A stretch of 64,000 bases of DNA, from NCBI GenBank assembly GCA_038207335.1, contig JBBQZX010000016.1:32001-96000 (forward strand), written 5' to 3'. Made by a program: the position numbers and the translations under genes. Shown here piece by piece: positions 53,001-61,900 of this stretch (position 1 is the stretch's first letter; the number at the start of each line of letters is the position of its first letter). Source of the DNA: Chthoniobacterales bacterium. Lineage in GTDB: Bacteria > Verrucomicrobiota > Verrucomicrobiia > Chthoniobacterales > Chthoniobacteraceae. The notes beneath the pieces were generated by a model. It saw nothing but the letters and a program-made list of their open reading frames with translations. It searched no databases and had not been told where the DNA came from.

Positions 53001-53409
53001 AGAGCTTGATATACCGCCGCAGCGCCGGGCCCACCCACACCCCGCCCCCGTCGAAATTTCCCGCCCACGACCCATAAGTCCCACTCCCCAGATAATGGGC
53101 CGTCTCGTGAATCGCCACCTGCTCACTGATCGAACCGCCAAAGCCCAGCGTCCCATTATAATCCGATTGCGCCGTCGGAATCCCAGGATGCCACGACACA
53201 TTGATGTCCACATTGATCTGCGTCGTAGAATTATACACCGCCATCGCCACATCCATCACAGCGGCGACTTGCGCCCGCTTCCCAGGATTATTCGCCTCGT
53301 CGAAAATGTAGCCGATGTGGTAGGTCAGCGCGCTGCTGGTCGCGAGAAAAGTGAACCAAGCGCAAGCCGCGAGGATCTGTGGGAAGCGACCGGAAGAGCG
53401 AAAGGACAT
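50077..53409 (-). CDS. Secreted zincin-like + Ca-binding + ricin-B lectin + 2x LamG + beta-sandwich protein (1110 aa)
   Basis: ATG 53409 with signal peptide; IHETAHYLGSG (HExxH); DGDGNGISDEWE and DADGDGISNFDEY; QxW repeats (LQKW, NQQW, NQDW); two FTVAxWxKT...INDGxWHHV...L(Y/F)VDG domains; C-terminal DPDRDGLPNVIERAFGLDP...FLRLRVR. Confidence 0.9.
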   Translation of the reverse strand: MSFRSSGRFPQILAACAWFTFLATSSALTYHIGYIFDEANNPGKRAQVAAVMDVAMAVYNSTTQINVDINVSWHPGIPTAQSDYNGTLGFGGSISEQVAIHETAHYLGSGTYGSWAGNFDGGGVWVGPALRRYIKLFDGPGAEIRQSGVHYYPYGFNYGNEDSPQARRRIGRLIEAMRQDMGITDGDGNGISDEWERQKIGFAGQPAAGDADGDGISNFDEYWTDSQPLWPCPVKSGHVYQLRSRLSQKLLEADGTTAGSNVRQNPNSGSSLQKWLATYVSGGYWKFTNFTSGKAMEVAGFSTDPSGNIIAWDDTGGTNQQWRIFPSASGAAYWKLGNRNSTNMVVDVDGGTGAVGDNANIAQYFDDQNAFNQDWAFDDVTAGVASDGLVANYKMEGNARDFGGRNFHGTASGGVTYTTGRVDGLAATFNGSNGSIRVPATVERNFTVACWVKTTATAGGPQWYNGMGLIDAEVPGVAKDFGLAMVGGKAAFGVGQNDLTITSAATINDGAWHHVAATLDTGNGAMRLYVDGLLSASGTGPTSARTAPSTFTLGSIAGANGFLNGSLDEARLYNKILAVDEIARLAQTGSSMVAGYGFEGTARDVTRFNNHGDAMDATFTTGKIGAQAVQLNGTSSFVKLPAAVTSDFTVAFWLKTTAVGGTGQWYAGKPIVDADVPGVANDWGISVGGNHVAFGTGNTGAGTTIESATNINDGTWHHVLATRTNATGAMKLFVDGALQATGTGSTALRDAPGGIRVGSTLFGGAFFTGAVDDLKIFNYALSSTQAASLAAPLPALWTATDIGLPASDGYSGYNAASAAFTVTGGGVAGTADQLQLVSSTATGDQILVTRVDFFPTNTASATTGITFRGSTAADSAFAELAYDRAQQALRFRQRDATGSAVLQTGASVSISGQFWLRLVRVGNTFAAAYSTTAGTPGAGEWTVVGNHVTPLPTTALAGLRVSSGVADTLATAGFSSVSIVVPTPGQAWRQKYFADIANLNNAQDLADPDRDGLPNVIERAFGLDPTLPDAIAARPQAANDGTYLSLTYQRSLAASDLALQLEWSNDLGTWYETGTTDTLISSGGGVEIRTARVPISLLDPTRAFLRLRVR

Positions 53410-53559
53410 GAGGGAATCTGCGGTGCGAGTGGGGAAACAGCGTCGAAGGACACCGTGGCGAGACTCTCCCGCAATCGTCCGATTTTGCAAGGAATCCCAA
53501 GCAGGCATGAAACAGGAGTGGTTTGCTTTCGACGCCGGATTCGTCCTTCATCGCTGTCC

Positions 53560-55854
53560 ATGAAATCGTCGATCGGGCTGCTCTTGATGTGCTTTTTCTC
53601 CACGATGCCGGTCGCGGAGGCGAAGCCCAGGCTCGCGGAGGAAATCTCGGCCCACTCGCCGGATGGGGCTTTTGCGATGCGGGTGCTGCGGGACGGCGAG
53701 GCGGACCCGGACAGCAGGGACGGTATCCAATCGGTGCAGTTGGTCGCGATGCCGTCGCGGAAGGTGCTGGCAACGCTCTTCAAGGATGACGAGGAGGCGG
53801 GCAGCCCGTCGCTGCTCTGGGCGCCGGATTCCCGACGGTGTGCTTTTTCGAGCGCGCATCGGCGCTGGACTACGACGCAAGTCTTCGAGCGGGTCGGAAA
53901 GGGCTTCCGGGAGGTGGAGCTACCGGAGCTGGGGATGCGGACGGAGTGGATCGACGGGAAGCCGCGGACTTTCCATGTGCGCAATGAATACATCACGCCC
54001 GAGCGGTGGCTGAAGTCCGGGGCGCTGGTGATCGACGACGACGCGATCATGCGGGTCTGGGCCCACGGACAGGTGGAGGCGGAGGCGGAGAACCGCCTCC
54101 ACGAGCTCGTGCTGGAGCCGAGCCGCGATGGGAAGACAACGATCCGCTCCGTGCAGGAGGCGCGCGGGGCCGCTGGGATCGGTGCGGTGCGCAGCCGGGC
54201 GGTGCCGGGGAAGATGCGGGGGCCGGGGGTGGTGCCGGGCCGGCCGGATGCGCTGGAGGTGGGCTTTGAGCTGTCGTGCGTCTCGCCGGATGGGAAGATC
54301 GCGATCCTGGTGCCGGACTTCGGAGTCGTCGGGCAGGCGGCGCGCAATTTTATCGTGACGACCTCGCTGCCTCTCGCACCGCTCGGGATGCTCGACGTGC
54401 CGCGCGCGTTCGCAAGCGGACTGCGGGCGGCGTGGAATCCGACCAGCACAGCGGCGGTCGTGACCGTGGAGGCGATGACGACCCCGCAGGCGGTGCTGTT
54501 GCTGGAGTTCCGCGACGGGCATCTCGTCCGCCAGAGCGATCTGCTCGCCTCTCTGGTCGCGCTGTTTCGTCCCGACTTCCGAGCCAGCAAGGCCACGCCG
54601 TGGCTGGAGACGGAGCGGCGCTCTCCCTTTGCCATCGTGGACGACGACTCGTGGAAGTGGCGCTGGGACGGCGACCGCCTGGAGGTCGAATGCCGCGCCT
54701 CTTCCCAGCCGGACGGCAATATCTCGGACGGCGCACGCGTCTGGTGGGCGCAGCTCCACGGCGTCTGGAGCGTGCCCGAGGGACGGTTCATCGAGTCGAA
54801 AATCACGCGCACCTATGACAAGGTGATGCCAGACGAGAAGGTGCCCAAGTGGACGCAATACCCGGACGACGCCGATGCGCCCGCGGAGGAGGAAGCCGTG
54901 GACGCCGACGAGGCGAAGGACGCTGCGCTGACGATCCTGCGCGCACTGGACGCGTCCTTTTCCATCACTTGGAAAACGGAGTTGCACGAGCTGAGCTTTG
55001 AGGAGCGGGGGAAAGCGCCCGCGCGTCTGAAGTCGATGAAGCAGCTCGTCGCCGAGCGCGACAAGACGGACCTCATCGTGGACGACGACGCCCTCGCCAC
55101 ACTGCCGCTGTGCTTTCTCTCACCCGATGGCGAGTGGCTGCTCGTCGTTTTCCGCGGCATCGGCGACGTGATGCTTTACACGCGTTCTCCCGAGGGCTGG
55201 AAAGTCGAGGCGACGGACGAAAGCATCGAGGAGCTGCGGATGAAGGTGGGGAGGTTTCTGATGGGCGAAGTCGGGTTGGAAGGCGCGGAAGCCACGCCGG
55301 AGGTGACCGTCAGCTTCGTCGATTGGAGCACGGACTCGGGCCGCATCCTGCTCGCGCTGGATGGGAATCTCCAAGTGCCCGAAGGCCACCCACAGGCCGT
55401 GGACGGCGGGCTCACCATCCGAGGCTGGCTGTGCTATTACAATTTGCGCACCGGGAAATTCGAGCTCACCGACCGGCTGGAGGCGCACAACCGCTGGGCG
55501 GTCGGTCGCGGCAATGGCCAGCCGGACGATTGGGAAACGCAAGCCCCTCTGCACGCCGAGCCACTCACCCCCGGCGCACTCCCCTCGCCTGCCGGTACGC
55601 GCTTCAACGCCGCCGACCACGCGCTGAATGCCACCTACAAGCTGGCCCTCGGCCGCCTCCCCGCCCCCGAGCGCGAAGCCTTCCGCGCCCGGCAGCGCGA
55701 GTGGTTGGCGCAGCGAGATCTCGCCGCCTCGCTCCACGCCGTCCAGAACTGGAGCCCCTTCGCCGAAGCCGCCCGCCAAGAAGGGGCCGCCATCGCCACG
55801 GAAGCTCGCGTGGCCGAACTCAAAGCCGCAGGCCCGCTGCATCAGGCGCCGTAG
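53560..55854 (+). CDS. Secreted multidomain protein with C-terminal LprI/DUF1311 (lysozyme-inhibitor-like) domain (764 aa)
   Basis: MKSSIGLLLMCFFSTMPVAEA|K signal; three SPDG...W(A/N/S)xxS blocks; C-terminal AADHALNATYKLALGRLPAPEREAFRARQREWLAQRD...TEARVAEL. The ORF-track extension to 50569 is antisense shadow. Confidence 0.85.
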   Translation: MKSSIGLLLMCFFSTMPVAEAKPRLAEEISAHSPDGAFAMRVLRDGEADPDSRDGIQSVQLVAMPSRKVLATLFKDDEEAGSPSLLWAPDSRRCAFSSAHRRWTTTQVFERVGKGFREVELPELGMRTEWIDGKPRTFHVRNEYITPERWLKSGALVIDDDAIMRVWAHGQVEAEAENRLHELVLEPSRDGKTTIRSVQEARGAAGIGAVRSRAVPGKMRGPGVVPGRPDALEVGFELSCVSPDGKIAILVPDFGVVGQAARNFIVTTSLPLAPLGMLDVPRAFASGLRAAWNPTSTAAVVTVEAMTTPQAVLLLEFRDGHLVRQSDLLASLVALFRPDFRASKATPWLETERRSPFAIVDDDSWKWRWDGDRLEVECRASSQPDGNISDGARVWWAQLHGVWSVPEGRFIESKITRTYDKVMPDEKVPKWTQYPDDADAPAEEEAVDADEAKDAALTILRALDASFSITWKTELHELSFEERGKAPARLKSMKQLVAERDKTDLIVDDDALATLPLCFLSPDGEWLLVVFRGIGDVMLYTRSPEGWKVEATDESIEELRMKVGRFLMGEVGLEGAEATPEVTVSFVDWSTDSGRILLALDGNLQVPEGHPQAVDGGLTIRGWLCYYNLRTGKFELTDRLEAHNRWAVGRGNGQPDDWETQAPLHAEPLTPGALPSPAGTRFNAADHALNATYKLALGRLPAPEREAFRARQREWLAQRDLAASLHAVQNWSPFAEAARQEGAAIATEARVAELKAAGPLHQAP

Positions 55855-55931
55855 CCGCTCAATACAGTTGCAGAGCAAAAAGGAGGGTCGCCTGTCGTAG
55901 AAGGCGATCGGTTCACCTCGAGCCGGACGGC

Positions 55932-58900
55932 TTAGAAGGAAGGCTCGACGAGGTAGGTGCGGGTGCCAGTGCCATTGCCCGTCTCGCTGATGATGATGTC
56001 AGGGCGGCCGTCGCCATTCGCGTCGGCGATGTGGAGGTCGTAGGCGCCGCTTTGCAGGAGGGTGCTGGAGCCGGCGCGCAGGGTGCCATCGGGGCGACCG
56101 GCGAAGACCATGAGGATCCCCTGGTCTGAGTCGGGCGTGCGGGTGACGACGGCGGCGTCGGCGAGGCCGTCGCCGGTGAGGTCGCCGACGGCGAGGACAT
56201 TGTCGTTGAAGCCGGGGAAGACGACGGTGGAGGAGGCGGCGAATGCGCCGGTGGGGTCTTGGCGCATGAGGATGAGCTCGCTCTGGAAATCGCCGCTGGG
56301 GAGCAGGCGCAGGCTGAGCAGTGCGACATCGAGGCGACCGTCGCCATCGAAGTCGCCTGTGGCAATGCGATCGAAATATTCGACAGGCACGACGTGGACG
56401 ACCTCGGGGGCGAAGGTGCCGTGGCCGTCGCCGAGCCGGATGGAGAAGGCGGACATGCCCTGGGGGGCGTCCACGGAGGTGAGGAGGAGGTCCGGGAAGC
56501 CGTCGCCATTCATGTCGGCGGTGAGGCCGTTGATGCGATTGGCGGCGTCGAAATCCATGGGTGTGCCGAAGCCACCCTGGCCATCGCCGAGAGTGACGAA
56601 GGTGTGGTCGGCGGTGCCGCCGGAGATGATGTCGAGGAAGGCGTCGTCGAGCGGGTTGACGTTTGCGAGGGTCAGGCCTCCGCCGAGGCCGGCGCTGGTG
56701 CCGATGCTCACTGGCGCATCGAACTCGCCCGGCGCGCTCACATTTGCCAAAAGCAAGGCGAGGCCGCGCGGGCCGGGGAAGGAGTTCTCAGGGTTGTCTA
56801 TGAGGATGTCGAGGCGGCCGTCGCCATTGAGGTCGCCGAGCGCAACGGACTCACCGATGTCGGAGCTGAAGCCGGGGAGCTGGAAGCGGGTGGTCTCGAT
56901 GAAGGCGCCGGTGTTGTCCCCGCGGCGGATGGAGACGTAGTGCGGGAAGTAATTCGAGGAGAGGACGACGGCGTCAAGCTTGCCGTCGCCATCGAGGTCG
57001 CCGGTGGCGAAGCGGTAGTCGAATTCATTCGGATTGCTCGATGCGGAGGCGACGGGCGGGAGGGTGAATGCGGGCGCGGGTGGCGGCTTGATCGCTAGGT
57101 CGAAGACGTTGCGCGGCACGCTGGTGGTGAGCATGGCGACGCCGGTGAGGGGGTCGATGGTGTGGATGCGGCTCGAGTTGTTCGGCAGCGGTTGCGCGGC
57201 GAAGATCACGTCTTGCCGGGTGATGGCGAGGCCGTAGATCGGAGCGGCGTTGGTCATGCCGATGACGCGGATGAGTGCGCCGGTCGCGGGGTCGAGTTCG
57301 ATGAAGCGGTCGGAGTTCACCGAGCCGTCCGCTGTGGTGAAAAGGGTGCCGTCACGGGTGAAGACGAGGGCGTGGATGGCATACGCGCCCGGCGCTCCGA
57401 TGCGCGTGGCCGCTCCGGTAAAGGGGTCGATGCGGAGGAGTTGCGCGGTATTGGCAAAGTCGGGCGCGGGTCCGATCTCGATGCCGTAGAGGCGGTGGTC
57501 GGCGGGGTTGTAGGCGAGCGAGGTGCAACGAATGGGCGCGCCGCCGTCGTTGCCGAAGGAGCCGATGGGCCTGGCAGTCATGGCGAGCGGGTCGTATTCG
57601 GAAAGGCCGGTGAGGTTCGCGATGTAGAGCGTGGAGATTTCGTCGAAGGCGAGGCCGAAGCCGAGGCCGGCATTGGGCCTGCCGAGCAGGCCCTGGTTGC
57701 GCCCATCCGCGGGATTGAGCAGCGTGAGGAATGAGCCGGAGCCCGCGGCGCTGCTGGCGAAAAGGGTGCCGGGCGGGATGGAGGTCGGGACGGATTGGGC
57801 CCGGAGGGGATTCGAGCCGAGGAAGACTTCGGCGCTGTCGGTGAAGCCGTCGCCGTCGGTGTCGGACTTGGTGGGGTCGGTGTTGGCGGCGAGTTCGGCA
57901 CCGTCGGAGAGGCCGTCGGAATCGCCGTCGGCGAAGAGCGGATCGGAGCCAAAGGCAAGTTCCTGTCCGTCGCTGAGGCCGTCGCCGTCGGTGTCGGCGA
58001 GAGCGGGGTCGGTGCCGAAGTCGGCTTCATCTTCATCGGTGAGACCGTCGCCGTCGGTATCGATGCCGAGCATCAGCAGGCGCTGGGCAGTGACGGGATT
58101 GCCCTGAAGGAGTCCGGGATCGGTGACCGTGTTGAATCCCTGAAAGAGCACGACGTTCGCTTCGTAGCGTTGAGTGGGTTCGTCGAAGCGCGCAACGACG
58201 GTGAGCTCCTTGCCGCCTTCGCCATACACGGTGAAGCGCAGCGGCCCTTTGTCGAGGGTCCGCTCCGAGCGCAGGTTCACGACCGAGCGCCCGACCACGC
58301 GCGGAGCAAAAGCGAGCGGGCTGAAAATCGGTGTGCGAATGACGCGTGCGCCGCGATAACCCTCGGCATCGGAGGCGGTGCTGTCTTCATAAGACTCCTG
58401 GTTCCGCGAATTCACCGCGTCGATGACCGTCACCCCGCCGCGTCCGCCGTGCCCGCCGCCGATGCGGAGCCGATCCGTCGAGTCGAGAAGGACGCCCTGC
58501 GCGGCATTGACCGTGACGAGGCCCGTGCGACCACCACCGCCGCCTCCACCCCAAAAGGCATCCACATTTCCCTCGGAATAGACCTCGAAAAACAGCGCAC
58601 GAACGTGGATCGAGCTCTTGCTCGAGCCGTCGCCGCCATCACCGCCGCGCGCGTCCACGACCGGGGCGGCGGAATCGAAAGCTCCCGAACCGGTGATCGA
58701 CCGTGCGGTGGTGAGGAGGACGCCAGCACCCCCGCTACCGCCCGCGCCCCCGCCCCCGCCGTAGAGATTCATTCCACCGAGGATAAACACCGACACGCTG
58801 AGTTCCCCTCCTCCACCGCCTCCTCCGCCGCCGGTCGTGAGGAAAGTCGAAAGCGCGGGAGCGCCGAGACCCCGGCGGCCATTGGTCGAGCCGTCGGCGA

Positions 58901-61900
58901 CATTCAGCGCACTTTGCCCCTGCTCGATGAGCTGCCGCACGGCTTCCGGGCAAGCGACTCCAAGCGTACCAATGCACTCGACGATGGCGGCTACGAGACT
59001 GACTGGGTCGAAGCTCGCGTCTTCGCCCGGGGCACCTCCGATGCCGCGCGCGCTGCGCGTTTGGTTGTCGATGCGGCGCGGGGGTGGAAGCTGGAACGGC
59101 TCTGAAACGCCAACCGGGTCGTTACCGTTCTGGCCGTAGCTGGCGGAAGATGGGACGCCGTCGCCGCCTGCACCTCCGTCCCGGCTGCGTAAGCCGCCAG
59201 CCTGCTGAATGGCATTCGCGCCCCGCTCGCCACTCGCGTCGATCGTTCCGTAGATCCGCGTCTCGCCGAGCACCGTCGCATTGAAAACGCCGGAAAGAAT
59301 CCGCACGCGCGCATCCCGACCGAGCGTGAGCGTGGACAGGCGCATCGGCGCGGGTTCGGTCAGGTCGAGGTGCTCGCCCGCAGACACTTCCAGCTCCGGC
59401 AGGCCGCGCACGGTGAGTGGGATTTCGGCGAAAAGTGCATCGTCATGGGCACGCACGAGCCGGACGCGATAGACGCGCGTCTGGCTCTCGCCGAGGTCGC
59501 GGATCGCGTCGGTATCGAGCACGAAGCCCGCGCGGTCCCCGGCGGCGACGAGCGTGCCGGGGCGCATCCCGCCAGCGAGCGAGCCGTCGGGATTGCGCAT
59601 CTCCACGCGCAGGTCGCCGGTCAAGTCCGAGCCCGTCAGTCGCAGCGGTTGCAGCGCGTTTTCCTCGATCTCCGTCGGCTCGATGCTCGTGATGGTGGGC
59701 GCGATTCCGGGCGGATTCGCGGCTGCGGCTTCATCCACCGTCGGCGTGGTAAAGTGCGTGATCGACGCCACTGCGCCATCGCCGGTGGCATTCACCAGCG
59801 CCGTGATGCCCTCATCGACAAACGTCCCGTTTGCTTGCAGGAATCGCAGCCGCAGCGCCGTGCCCGGCAGCCGCGAGACGGTCAGCGGGATCGTCACCGA
59901 CACGGGTGCTGTGAAAGTCAGCCCATCCGGCCCGAACTGCGCAGCGCCGAGTGTGCGCCGGCCCGGCCCCGCGTCCGGCAGCTCGGCGGAGCCGAGAGTC
60001 CGCGCGGTGATCGTGGCATTCGCCGCGAGCGCGCCCGGCGGGATGGTGACGCTCGACCGGAAATCCGCGGCGGGCACAGTCGCGCCAAAAGCCGCAAGCA
60101 CCGGCACCTCTCCGGGCGTGGCGACCGGCGGCAAAACAGCGACCGGCGTCGCGACCGAGACGACTGCGGGGCTCGCCGTCAGTGCCGCGGTGATTTGCAC
60201 CGCGCCAGCAGGTGGTATGGCTGGCGCGGTGTAAATCCCCGCGGGCGAAATCGTCCCGAGCGCGGCGCTTCCGCCCGGCACGCCATTGACGCGCCAGGCC
60301 ACCGAGCGATCCACCTGCGCAGTCCCGACGCGTGCTGAAAAGGACACCGTCCCCCCGACCGAAACCGCGGGCATTTCCTCGGCATCCGGTGCGATGACGA
60401 CATGCTCGACCACGGTAAAATTCTGCGGCGACACCGCGCGCGAGCCGTCCGGCTGCGTGGCCGTGAACGCACCCGTGCGCGAGCCGACCGGGACGATCAC
60501 GCGCGCCTGAAACGCATCGAGCGAGACGATCTCGCACGGAATCTCACCCAGTTCGAAGACCGTCTCCGCGCCGGGCGTCGTGGAGAAGCCGAAGCCGGAA
60601 AGATCGATCTGATCCCCGGGTGAGCCACTGCCCGGATTCGGCGCATTGACATAAAAGCGCGACCGCGCGCCGCCGAAGCTGGTGAGCTGCACGGTCGTCG
60701 TAGTCGGCGCGCCCGCGTGGCCGTTGCGGTCGAATGGCGTGACCTCGATCGTGTAATTGCCGAGCGCGGAATCGCTCCTGAAATCCAGCTTCACCGAGCC
60801 CGTGCGAGTGCCCGTCGCGGTCGGCAGAAATTCATCCGCGGGAAACTCGGATAGCCGCGCCGACCCGCCCGGCTCGGTGAAGCGCACGCGCAACAGCTCC
60901 AGATCGTCGTCCGCATCCGCAACCTCGAGCGAAAGCCGGGGCCGCACGCGATCCATCACGCGCACCGGGCGATCGTACGATGCCACCTCGGGCGCAAACG
61001 CCACCACGCTCGGCGCCACCCCCGTGTTCGCCGGGCCCGTGATATTCACCGTGAAAGAGACCGTCTGGCTCGCCACATCCTGCCCGTCGCGGAGAGTCAG
61101 CGAAAGCTCCACAGGCCCGAACGGCAGGCTCGCAGAATCGAGCGGGAGCGTCGCCCGCCCGCTCGCGCCGGAGATGTGTGCGAGCGACGCAGCGAGGTCC
61201 TCGGCGCTGCTTCCCAGCGCATCCTGCCGGGTGAACTTCAGCACCGAGATGTCCCCATCGGCGTCGGCGAAGTCGAACGTCACCACCCCCGCGGTGCCGC
61301 GCACGAGCGTCGCCGGCGCAACGAGATTCGAGAGCACCGGCGCCACCGGCGCCACCGCAGTGCCCGCGAATGTGAACTGCAACGCCGTCGGATCGAACGG
61401 CACCCGCCGATCGAATCGAAAGGTGAACGTATCCGTGCTCTGTGCGACACCCTTCACGAGCACGTCGCCGAAGCTCACCCCCGCGTCGCTTAGCGTGATC
61501 GCGGCTGCATTCGTCGTCACCGTCGCCGCCACATTTTGAAAACGGCGCGTGCCCGAGTTCTTCACGCGCGCCCGGTATTCGTATTCGTAAAGCGTGCGCG
61601 TGATCCGCTCCTCCCGCACCTGCACGATACTGTCGAGCGTCAGCTCCGGCACGGATGCCTGCGCGAATGCCCCACTCGGCGCGAGGAGTCCGCCGGCCAG
61701 CAGCACCGCCAGAAAGCGCCTCCGGCGGCGGAGCGCGAGCAGACCCGCACCGGCGAGCAGCATCGTCGCGGTCGTCGGCTCTGGGACGGTCATGCCCGTT
61801 TGCAGGGTCTGGATAAAATTGCCTCCGGCATCGAACTGATTGACCTCAAACGACTGCGCCCTCGGGATCGCGCTCGCCCCCCCCAGCCAGATGAAGCGCA

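Noticed and set aside
50569..53559. N-terminal 997 codons of the 1761-aa plus-strand ORF
   Set aside because: Mostly antisense to the LamG gene; the credible start with a signal peptide is ATG 53560.
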